64,000 bases of DNA, taken from Hypanus sabinus. Taxonomy: Eukaryota. The translations under genes and the position numbers were made by a program. The notes under the pieces were generated by a model. That model was not told the DNA's origin. It made no database searches and saw only the letters and a list, made by a program, of their open reading frames with translations. The stretch is from assembly GCF_030144855.1 (NCBI RefSeq), contig NC_082706.1:24676001-24740000 (forward strand), written 5' to 3'. Shown piece after piece: positions 25,531-37,335 of this stretch (position 1 is the first letter of the stretch; each line of letters opens with the position of its first letter).

Positions 25531-27159
25531 AGTTGCTGTTTAGAGGACAAATACTAGTCAGACTACTAGGGAGAAATCCCCTAGTCATCATCATAACATG
25601 TCTTCCATGGGAGGACAAAGGAATCTTACTATAATGTCACATCTAAAAGGTGCTCTTGGCAATGGATCACTCTTGATGGGGCATGTGGACAGCGTAAATG
25701 CACAGTTAACTTTTATTCTGCAGCTAGAACGCATGAGCTTTTGACATACTTTTGGTAAAATTACTGTTGCTGAACTAACAACAGTCAAAATCACAGCAAG
25801 GAAGTTATTTAACAGGTAATTATTTTCTGCAATCTTATTCAGTCTCTTAATACTCTGGAGTAGTACAGTTGCGAAGCTGAGTTTGATCCCGACTTGGAGT
25901 GGTTTTTGTGTGGAGGATCCACGTTCCCCTGTAACTGCATGACTTTTCCTAGGTGATTCACCCCCCACCACAAGCCAAAGATATGCAGGTCGGTGGGTTG
26001 GCTGGCTCCAGGGTCAGCTGATTAGTGTAATGGAGTGTAACAGAGTTCAAAATAAATTTATTATCACAGTATGTATATGTCACCTATTTGGTTGCAGGCA
26101 TTCACAGTAGAACAAAGGATCAATGAAAAATTACACAAAAAGATTGACAAACAACTGATACGCAAAAAAGACAGTGCGGAAATGCAAAAAATTCAAATAA
26201 TAGGAAAAAAATACAGGTAAATAAATAACACTGCGAACATAACTTGTAGAGTCTTTGAAAGCGAGTCCATCAGTTGTGGGATCAGGTCAGAGTGGAGGTG
26301 AGTGAAGTTATCCATGTTGGTTCAGGTGAGCCTCAATGTTGAAAGGTACTAACTACTCCTGAACCTGGTGGTGTGGGACCCAAGGCTCTTGTACCTCCTT
26401 CCCGACAGCAGCAGTGGGAAGAGAGCATGGCCTGGATGCAGTGCTCCTTGCAGATGTGCTTAATGGTGAGGGGGGCTTTGCTTGTGATTGACTGGGCTGT
26501 ATCCACCAGATTTTGTCAGCTTGATGGTTAACGTAGACATGGCGGCCCATTTCCACACTGTCTGACCATCTCATTAGGAATCCCAAATGATCTGCTCCAC
26601 TACATGGCCCGTATGTGTGCGCAAGGGGTTCGGTTGGTTGGAGAGTGGGAAAGGTATTTGTTTTGCTGTTGTTATCTTGCTTTGTTCTGTTGTTGTTGAT
26701 GATGCTTGCTGAATAGTTTGTGGGCTATCTATCTATAAATTAATTATTGAGATTAATTATTGAGATACAGCCTTTTGGCCCTTCAAGCTGTGCGACCCAA
26801 CAACCCCCGTATTAACCCTAGCCTAATCACAGGACAACTTACAATGATCAATTAACCTACTAACACATACATCTTTGGAATGAGGGAAGAAACTGGAGCA
26901 CACGGAGGAGATCGACACGGTCACGGTGAAGAGTGTGCAAACTCCTTACAGACACCAGCTGGAGCTGAACCCATGTTGCTGGAACTGTAAAGCATTGTGC
27001 TAAGCACCATGCTGCTGTGCACGTTTCGTTGGCACCAGAATGTGTGGTGACACTTGCACTCGGGTGTGTTGGTTGTTAATGCAAATGATGCAGTTCACGG
27101 CGTGCTTCGAGGCACACGGGCTAAACAAATCTGAATCATGCTGAGATCAAAACCTTTAC

Positions 27160-27310
27160 CTGTTAACGCTACCAGGTGAGGTAGACAAAGGCGGTTCGCC
27201 AATACAATGAGTTCCATGGAGTCCAGGTCCGGGCTAGAACAGAACTGTCCAGTGTACAGATATTCCAACACCGCTCGCATACAGCTCTTACTTGTGTTTG
27301 GGAAGTACAC
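27160..27310 (-). CDS. RHOBTB2: RHOBTB2 coding exon 6 (BTB2)
   Basis: TTCTAACAG|[54 protein letters not shown]|GTAAAG. 151 nt. Confidence 0.95.
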
Positions 27311-30300
27311 CTGTTAGAATGATATAAAAACTCATCAGTACCCCAACTGCAACAAACATCAGCACCTCACAATGATCTTGTCTTGAAAGTTTCTGCCTTC
27401 ATAGCAGACCCAGGTAACACTTTGCCCCCACATTCAAATTCAGAAAGCTCCACGAAGAGTTGCAGAATTAGAGTTCTGAGCACAGTAATAGGCTCTTCAG
27501 CTCTGCATTGATCAAGCAACCACATTGACCCTGACCCACCAGCAGCCCTGATTTATTCATCCCCGATTTCCATCGACTACCCCAAGCTTTTCCATTGATC
27601 TAACATTCGGGGCAATTTAGTAGACCTACTGACATGCATGTTTTTGGAAAGTGGATGGAAACCGAAGCACTGGGACAGTGGGGGTTGGGGGAGACAGAAC
27701 GTGCAAACTCCACACAGACAGCACTGCAGGTCGGGATAGAAACTGGGTCATTGGGACAGTTCCAGCTATCCAGCAATGCCAAAAGTGTCAGCTCTGGTCT
27801 TTCAATCAGAAAATTCTGAGTTCGAACCGCACTCAGAACCCTGAGCACGCAGTTCCGGCTGATACAGCAGTGCAGTAGTGATCGGTGGATGGAACAAAGG
27901 TGGTGGACGGGGGGGGGTAGATGTGGGATTTCTATTTTCTTCTACATCCTGCACAGCTCATTCAGTATTTAGCCAGCGACCGGGAACCCGTGCGAGCAGG
28001 AGGCACGAGGGCCGGTCAATCGGCGCTTCCGAACTTCGAGCTTGGAGTTTGGCGTCCCGCCTGGGAAATTGATACCGAATGTCAGAGCTCAAAGGTCAAT
28101 CAATGGTCCGGACATCACAGCCTGACAGTCGAACCCTGCACGCTGGAGGCTGAAGGCCTGTCTTGGGGTTGTGTGTGGGTCGGTGGGGGGGAGGAAAGGA
28201 AATCATTTGGCTGTTGTTTTTTTTGTTGCTAGTTGTGTTATTTTTTACTGAGCATTGTGGGTGTGCTATGCTGGTGCCAGAATGTGTAGTGATACTTGCC
28301 CGGCACATCCTTAGATTGTGTTGGTTGTTAGGGCAGTGGCGCATCTCACCATACGTTTTGATATACGGGGTAAATAAATGTGAAGCTGAAGTAGGTTGAA
28401 TACATAACGTATAACACTACTGGGTAGCAGTCATTAGAGCTTATCAAGCCCAGAGTAACCTTGCTGATGTAGAGAAGCCCCATGGTGGCTTGCTTTCTTT
28501 GATATGCTTCAGTCTGGTTGGGAAACACCGATGCCCAAGAATGGGAATGTCGACAGACAGTGGTGGACCTTCACTGGCAAAACTCTCTGAGCACATCTAC
28601 CAAGGAGTATTGGCAGAAGAAAGCATCTTCCACCATCAAGGACACCTAGCATTCCAGGCCACGTTCCCTTCTGGAATCGGGAAAAGACGACCAGGAACCT
28701 TCTGTAGGTTCAGGAACAGTTATTACCCTTTAGCCATCAGGCTCCTGATCCAGCGTGGATAACTTCACTCACTTCAACTCTGAACTGATTCCACAGACTC
28801 ACTTTCAAGGACTGAACAATTTATCATTATTGTTTTTTTTTAATTTGCACATGTGTAATGGGAGAAATTTTGTGGCCGCTGTTCACTTGCAACAGGCAGG
28901 AAATCTGGCTGGCTGCATCACATAATGAAAATGATCCCTGTCAGATCTCAGATTGCCAACTGCCCAGCAGAGCCCTGGAGTCAGCACAAGAACACAGCGG
29001 CAAGCAAGTTTCAACTTTGTTACAGTGGTAGAATTTCTGGAGGTGGGGAAAGCTGAACGGCAGACAAAAATAATCCAATAAGGAAATGGAGAGATAAAAT
29101 TGTAGCAAGATTCAGCAGATCAGGGTGCATCTACAAATAGTGAGAGTGAATGGCTCCGACTGAAGCCCCTTCTTGAGAAATGATTTGGAATATTAAACTG
29201 TCTCTCTATCTACAGGTACTGCTTGTGTCAGCTGTGGTTTGGTGGCTGTACAATGGCCTTTGAGTCGAAAGATTACAGGGTCAGGTTTCAGTCAATAGGT
29301 CTGAGCATGTGAGCACAGCAACATAGCAACAAGGGACCGCCTTTACTGCTCACGTTTTCTGTGAGCTTTGTCTTCAGATTGTCGACATCTTTTTTCCCTT
29401 CTGTGTTGTTGGATAAACAAGGAGTTCAATCATTTTTTCACCGTTGAGGGAAAACCACGAGAATGACTTGCCAAGCGATCACTGGCAGTGTAGGAGCCTT
29501 TATGATAAATCACCCAAGAATATGTCCAAGCAGAGTTGACAAGCCTGCTTGCTAACAACTGCCACTTGGCTGGCACAGCGTATTTTAATAAATCACACTC
29601 CTTAAGGACAGGCAGTGAGCACAAGAGATGGGAATGCATATAAAAGAGAGACAGTTTAGGAAGTAAAGTCCAATGTTGCTGAATTACATTAATTTTAAAG
29701 TACTGTAGTCACATTCCAGCATTGCCTAATCTCCACAGCTGATACTTAAGAAGTCACACCCCGTTCAATAATGGACTCTGGTTCTTTAGATCCAATATAA
29801 TGAATCAAATATAGTACATATATTCATTGCAAAACAACTGTGATTTTGGAAATGCCTGCCTACACTCAGACACCGTCACTTTTGAACTGAAACACACACA
29901 TGAATAGTTTTTTTTTTGCATTATCGAAAATGTCTCTACCATTTTGTAATGCCAGGCACCTTTGTGATGTGAATCCCGTCAATCTGACAGGAAGTATATG
30001 TTCTGTGGCATTATGGACAAAGTAAGGATGTGATAGGAAGTTATATTAGTGCAGGTTCCTCCTTTGTCCTGCAATGACTTTTAATCAGCTGTTTGTGATT
30101 GTGATTGCTTCATAGCCAAATATATAGAGGAATCAGTGGTTGGCTGCAGAGAAAACCAGAGTTAGACAATTGCCACTTTGGTCCAGAGCTCTGTTTTAAC
30201 TCAACTGATATGGTGCAATGCAGTTTCCAGAGTAACACACACAAAATGCTGGAGGAACTCAGCAGGTCAGACAGCATCCATAGAGAGGAATAAATAGCTG

Positions 30301-31922
30301 ACGTTTCAGGCCACAACCCTTCATCAGGACATCCAAACCTGAAACATCAGCTGTTCCTTCTCTCCACGGATGCAGCGAGATCTAGCATCTGCAGAATCTT
30401 CGGCCTTAATGCAATTTCCAGGATCGTCTGAATGGATCAACTGCTGTCTGGATGAACTCACTGACCTAATTCTGAATCGCTGTTTTGTATGCATATTGTG
30501 CTAAATGAACACCGTGATGTCAAGATTCAAGATTGTTTAATGTTATTTCCAGTACACAAGTGTAAAGGAGAATGAAATAATTGTTATTCAGGTCTGATGT
30601 AGCACTGAAAAGAAACACAGGATAATTCTTTACAACTATTCACAAAAACAACAAATACAGTATAAATACATAATATAGGTCTTATACATTGATTAATTAC
30701 ATGTCCATAAAGTGATGCTAGGCACAGGAGTGTCAGTACCTAAGGTGACTGAGAGGAAATGATACAATAGTGGTGTTAGGGGTGAGCTAGTGGGTGGAGG
30801 TGTCAATCAGCCTTACTGCTTGGGGAAAGTAAAAGGAGTGACAACTAATTTTCACCAAAGTCAGTGAAATTCACCAAAATTTACACATTAGCCCAAGGTC
30901 AAAAAGAACCTTCTTATGTGTCATGGTTGAGACTCTTAAGAGAAGCATTCACATGCATTCAGGGATTTTCAATAAACAAACTAAATTTCCTTTGAAATTC
31001 TTGTTTATGGGACTGTTTTAAAACGTGGCTATGTTGTTATTTATCACATGACAAAAATCTTCTGCATTTATTACGTAAATGCAATTGCTTTCTCATCAGC
31101 TCTATAAATAACTGTAACCTTTGGACAGGCAATGCAGTGCTACAGGAAGGAATGAAGGTCAGAATCTGCAGGCTGCATCAACCAACATCATTCTTAATTA
31201 CTGCTGAACAATAAAGAAATCCCCATCCTTCAACCAGCACCAGATCGGACATTATCTATACGTACCAGCCCTTGATTATTATACAGTCTCTCATTATGAG
31301 ACGAACAACATAAATGTCACTTTTTAAACAGCAAATTGAATTATATAGCCTATAATGAAGTCAATGCACAGTTATACTGTGCAAATAAGACATAAAGGTA
31401 GCTAATATTATCCGGTATTATTTCCTTGCTTGTATTACTGCCAAAAACCACCTGATATTTCTTTTCTCTAAATTTGGGGTAACAAAAAACACTATCAGCC
31501 ACACAGCTTAATTTTGAATGAGCCCTGACCAACCTGTATCAAACACTACTGAAACAGATCATTTGACCACTAACTCAACTGCTGTTGGGGGAATCTTACT
31601 GGAACCAAACCTATTGTAATTTTTCTCTGTGTTTTATGAAATATTAACTAACTGGTTATGAAATACGGAATGTACTAATACTCTGAAAATTGTGGCTTAA
31701 ATGCATCAATCTCCTTTGACTGAGAAGATTGCAGCTGCGTTACTGGACAATCATGTGTCTGCCCTGTGAGCTGGATGTGAAAGACATTATTTCAATGAAT
31801 AGCATAATTTCGCCAGCATCACAAACACCGAGAAAATCTGCTGATGCTGGAAATCCGAGGCAAAACACACAAGATGCTGGAGGAACTCAGCGGGTCAGGC
31901 AGCATCTACAGAGGGGAATAAA

Positions 31923-31960
31923 CAGTCGACGTTTTGGGCTGAGAGCCTTCGTCAGGACTG
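31923..31960 (-). ncRNA. Minimal type-I hammerhead ribozyme-like motif (Penelope-associated), probably inactive
   Basis: CAGUC-CUGACGA-AGGCUCUCAGCCC-AAAACGUC-GACUG. Has a 5-bp stem I, CUGANGA box, stem II and GUC site, but GAAA is mutated to AAAA. Confidence 0.65.
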
Positions 31961-31972
31961 GAGAGGTTAGAG

Positions 31973-32714
31973 CAGTGGTTCCCAACCCCTTTTTTTTGGC
32001 CTTGCCCCACCTAATCACCTCTAAAATCCTGATGCCCCCTGTGGTGATATATAATTCTTATTATTCAAAAAGTGAACTATTCACCTGGAGGAAGCCTAAA
32101 AGACCATTAACTTGGTTTAAACAAGCTTCCAAAGAACATGGCATTCACGAAAGAGAAAAATAAAAGAACCAAAGGACTGTTAAAGTTCTGAGGAAGAAAT
32201 TACTAAGAAATTGTAAAAAAAAAGAACATTAAGTGATATTAAAATAATAATAATAAATAAATAAAACAATGCCCATTCGTTTCTACAGCATACAAAGACG
32301 GATACACCGTTTAAAAGAGATGACGCAATGTACACACCTCCACACCACCAAGAACCGAAAACTACTGCAAAAAGCAGCATTGGCGCGACCTCGTACGAGT
32401 TTCTTACGCGTTTGGACTTGTTCATTCGTTCCTTCCTACATCAGTCAATTCATTAAATTAATTATGAAAGCCATTTGATGGTTGTAATGATGGTGATACA
32501 CTATATATACAGTACATACACAATTACACATGTACATACACACAAGTATTTTTATGTATGCATACTGTATATACACATATGTATTAACTCGCACACACAC
32601 TCATACTCACACATACTAGAAAAAAATCACTGTTAATAACTCATTCACGAATTGCCCCCCTTAAAAATCAAATTACCCCCCTGTGGGGCATACGTCCCAC
32701 GTTGGGAACCACTG
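31973..32714. mobile_element. Non-autonomous hAT (Charlie/Buster-like) DNA transposon, 742 bp
   Basis: Perfect 14-bp TIRs CAGTGGTTCCCAAC / GTTGGGAACCACTG. 8-bp TSD GGTTAGAG at 31965-31972 and 32715-32722 with central TA. Confidence 0.92.
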
Positions 32715-33882
32715 GGTTAGAGTAAGAAGGTGGCGGGGGGAGGGGAAGGAGTACAAAGTGGTAGATGATATGTGAAACCAGGAGAGGAGGAGGAGGTGAA
32801 GTAAAGGGCTGAGAAGTTGATTGGTGAAAGAGATAAAGGGCAGGAGGAGGGGAAACATGATAGGGGAGGGTCATGGAAGAAAGGGAATGAAGAGGAGCGC
32901 CAGAGGGAGGTGATGGGCAGGTAAGGAGATTGGAGAAGCACCAGCACCCTGTCTGATATTTAATTGCAAAGGAACATTACAGAGAAAAAATATTATATTT
33001 ATTTGAGACTTTGATTTTCCTTTGTCAAATAGAATTAAATTGAATGGATTATTCAAGGAACTAAGCACAGGCATGACCACCTCCTGTTGTTTCTGCTCTC
33101 AGAACTGGATGCACGTGGGTGGCAATAGTTATACCCTGGCCTGAGTCAAATTAGCTACTCCTCAGAGATAAAGTAATTTGCCAAGTGAAATGCAAATAAG
33201 AGATTGCAAACAATAAAGAAAACACCCTTGAAACTGTGTCCAAACAGATTTGATTTGGATATAAGTCGATATGAAGTAACCAGCCTCTGGAAATGAACTA
33301 TAGAATCCAAAAGTTCAAAGTAAATTTATTATCAAAGTACGTCTATATCAACTACCTTGAGATTCATTTTCTTGGAGGCATTTGCAGTGGAACAAGAGAA
33401 TACATTAGAATCCATGAAAAACTACAACAAAGACTGACAAACAATCAATGCGCAAAAGAAAACAAACTGAGCAAATATGAAAAATAAAATAAATAATACT
33501 GAAATACTTGAGTTGTTGAGTCTTTGAAAGAGAGTCCATAGGTTGGGGAATCACTTCAGAGCTGAGGTAAGTGAGGTTATCTACGCTGGTTCAGGACTCT
33601 GATGGTTGAAGGGTAATAACTAATTCTGAACCTGGTGGTGTGGGACCTAAGGGTTTCTGCACCTCCTTCCTGATGGTGAGAAGAGAGCATGGCCTGGATG
33701 GTGGGGGTCCTTGATGATGAACACTGCTTTCTTGTGGCAATGCTCCTTGTAGATGTATTCAGTGGTGGGAAAGGCTTTGTCCCTGATGGACTGTGCTGTA
33801 TACACCTCTTTCATGCCATGGACCAACGTAATTACGCGAGGGGTCTGTGGACCCCAGTTTGGGAACCCCTGGACTGTGTGTG

Positions 33883-34248
33883 GCATCCGTTAGTCTTGTG
33901 AGACCATGGATCTGCACCCTCTCCAGGATGCAGGCCTGGGCAAGGTTGTATGGAAGATTGGCAGTTGACAATGCAGCGAGTCTCCCCTCTCCACACCACT
34001 GATGCTGTCCAAGGGAAGGGCAAGGGCCGATACAGCTTGGCACCGGAGTTGTCGCAGGAGTTGCCAGAACAAGGTTGAAGGCAACGTCGGACAGCCTTAG
34101 GAACACCAGCTCCGGATTTGTGCTCAGGGTTTACTCCCGAAGCCTTTCCCATGAGTGGGTATGGCCGCAAGGCAGCGGAGGTTTGAAATCAGAGTTTTCC
34201 CTCTCTTAGATGGACTGCCTTCCCAGGCTGATGAGCTCCATCTACCCG
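33883..34248 (-). mobile_element. RTE-clade 5'UTR-derived non-autonomous element (SINE-like)
   Basis: Reverse strand carries GAGAGGGAAAACTCTGATTTCAAACC and TTCTGGCAACTCCTGCGAC...GGTGCCAAG motifs that I recall from RTE 5'UTRs. GC-rich with no coding signal. Confidence 0.5.
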
Positions 34249-34649
34249 ATGGAGTAGATACAGGAATCACAGTGACTGCATAATGGGTAGGGAAATTGGG
34301 ATTGATGTACAGTAGTAATCATCGGATTACGACTAGCGCCTTGCGTCAGTAAGTACAGAAACAGAAAGCCAGAGCAGACCAATATATGCCTGGAGAGATA
34401 GAGCTTTAGATTCTTCAGGGAGTGAGATTCTCTTACAAGTTCTGTTGCTGTTGAGGGTTACATCTCAACAGGAAAATAACCTTGTCCCTTATGCTAACTC
34501 TATGCATGATCCATATGGATGGTGTGCAAAAGAAAGATTTTCACTGTACCTTAGTGCATGTGATCATAATAAACGGATATGAGCCATTAACAGTTTCTAT
34601 ACAGCATAGCTGCATATATATCAACACATTATAGAATCTGGAAAGAAAA

Positions 34650-35930
34650 TATTGCAACAATTCCAGATGATTTTAATTATAGTACAGATTAGATATATCA
34701 CATTGATAAGAATTGCCTTAGTGACAATTTCATCAAGAGTATTTGGGATAATTTTGCACAACATTAGGCAACCAACAAGTGACCCAGCTGCTTCAGATCT
34801 AGTGAACTGTAATGAGACAGAATTAATTTATGATCTCATTATGAAGGAAAATGTGATCAAAGCATGGCATAATTTCAGTTAAGACAAAGTTAAGGATGGT
34901 ATCAAATTAAAAGAAAGGGTTTAGAATATTTGTAACATTATTGGTAAGTCAGCAAAAGATGATTAAAATAATAGGGTGAAGAAAAGCTAGCAAATATTAA
35001 ACAGATAGTAAAAGCTATGCTGTAACAAAGGAAAATAGTTAAACATTGGCCCTTACAGGATGAAATGAAGGAATAAATGGGAAATAAATAAACTTCAGGA
35101 ACTTTTGATAGTTAGAATGCAATGCTGAGGCTTGATAAGATATTGATCAAACCCTGTTTATGAACCATTTCAGGACTCTTATATAAGGAAGGGTGTTGGC
35201 ATTGGAGAGGGTCCTGATGAGGTTAACGAGATCTTGGGCATGAAGGGAATAATATATGAAGAGCGTTTGATGACTCTGGGTCTGTACTCACTGGAGATTA
35301 GAAGAATGAGGGGAGATTTCATTGAAACCTATTGAATATTGAAAGGCCTAGATAATGTGGATGTAGAGAAGATGTTTCCAGTTCTGGGGGAGTCTTGGAC
35401 CAGGGGCTTAGCTTCAGAAAACAAGAAAGTCCCTTTATATCAGAGATGAGGAGGAATTTTTTTTAGCAAGAGGGTGGTGAAATTGTGGAATTCGTTGTCA
35501 CAGGAGGATGTGGAGACCAAGTTATTGGGTATATTTAAAGTGAAGGCTCATAAGTTCATGATTAGCAAAGGTAAATTGAGGAATGATAGTGGCACAGTAG
35601 TGTAACGGTTAGCACAACACTTTACTATATCAGGTTTCCAGGTTCAATTCCTGTAAGGAGTTCGTATGTTCTCCCTGTGACCATGTGTAATCCTGCTGGG
35701 TGCTCTGCTTTCCTCCCACAGCGTAAAGACGTACCAGTTAGTAGGTTAATTGGTCATTGTAAATGGTTCCATGATTAGGCTAGCGTTAAGTCAGGGGTTG
35801 CTGGTCAATGCAGCTCGAAGAACCTATTCTGCACTGTATCTTGTGGAGAGGGATTATAAATCAGTCATGAAGTATACTTGATGGGCCAAATGTCCTCATT
35901 CTGCTTCTATCTATTATGGTCTTATGGTTA
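34650..35930 (+). mobile_element. Degenerate CR1 fragments with a V-SINE at 35588-35842
   Basis: GGGTCTGTACTCACTGGAGATTAGAAGAATGAGGGGAGATTTCATTGAAACC and a TATGGTCTTATGG tail at ~35915. Confidence 0.7.
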
Positions 35931-37061
35931 TTTTGGACTGGATTACATGCTGGAAGACAATAAAAACATCCCAATGCTAATTAAGAATAACCAAAGGGCT
36001 ATGGGGAAGGAGGAACTTAAAATTATGTCATCAGATAAACAATATTAGGCAACTAATGAACTGAAGTCCTGGATCATATCGCCTATATTCTGGGGTCTTA
36101 GAAGAACTGGCTGGGTGAGGATGGTGGGAAAAATCAGCATTTCAGGCAGCATCTTTGGAAATAGAAACATTTAAAGTTTACATTGAAGACTCTTTGCCTG
36201 TACTGAGACAGAGAGATATCAATTTGGTCTAAGCAACAGAGAAAATGGGTATAACCAAGGGAATGCTAGTGGGTGTACTGATTATAATCAAACAAAATCT
36301 GTACATTAGGAAAGATCCCAGTGTACAGGTAAACCACAAGTAAAATGACACGACTGAAGAAAGGAGGAAGAAAGAAAGTTAAAATCTGTTGCTATGAAAA
36401 TGCTGGGATACAATTTCATCAGGACATGATGAAAAGTGGAAGAGAATCGAGCAAAATATGCAAGCTTTTATGAAAATAAAATATTTGGCAAATCTGGTGG
36501 GACTCTGGGGATGTAACAGAGAGGACAGTTAAAGGTGATTGTTATATGGAATATATTTGGATTTCTAGACGTGATACCCCACAAGGGAAGGTGTTTGAGG
36601 CTGACTTGAAGACAGGAACGGTTACACAAGACACAGAGTTAGGATAAATGGGTCATTTTCAAATCAGTAGTCAGTTCCGATGACAATTTAGGTGCCAAGC
36701 CAGATTGAAAAAGTGAAGCGTGGGAGCCTGAGGCAAGGGACGGTCCAGTTCGGCTCACTGCTCCATTCTCTTTGTGGACTTCAGTTTTGTTTGTGTTTAT
36801 CGTTTGCATCTTTTTCCCCTCCCTGCACACTGGGTGTTTGATGGTCTTTTTTATTAATAGGTTCTTATGGGTTTCTTTGTTTTGTGGCTGCCTGTCAGGA
36901 GATGAATTTCAAGTTGTATAATGTATTCATACTTTGATAATAAATGTACTTTAACTAACCACTGGAGTCAGTGCTGGAGTCTCAATTAGTTATTATCTAC
37001 AATGACGATTTAAATGAAAGATGTGAATGTACTGTGGGCAAATTGCTGACAACAAAAAATA

Positions 37062-37335
37062 GCTTCCTCCAGCAGGTTTGGAGGCTTGCGTGCCTCAATG
37101 ACCTGGAGAGTTATGTTGGCTGGAGTCAGGGCCTGGTGCTTTAGCTCTTGGCAGGGTCACCCATGCCAAAGAAGTCAAAGGGTAGAGGTCAAACTAAGAT
37201 TGGTCCATTGGTCCTCTAGGTTCTGGGGCTCAGCTCAGGGCTAACAACCCTGACTGTGTCAAAAAAATATATATAGTTATGGAAACAGCAATGAACAATC
37301 CTATATCTGTGTGTGACAGTTTTGACAGACAGAGC
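37062..37335 (+). mobile_element. RTE (Expander/Rex3-like) 5'UTR-derived element
   Basis: GGAGGCTTGCGTGCCTCAATGACC...GGCAGGGTCACCCATGCCAAA...CAGGGCTAACAACCCTGA motifs. Confidence 0.5.

Larger units (their letters stand above)
31823..32940 (-). mobile_element. Penelope-like 3' fragment split by a hAT MITE
   Basis: Terminus with hammerhead-like core at 31823-31972; purine-rich UTR resumes at 32715-32940. Confidence 0.75.
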
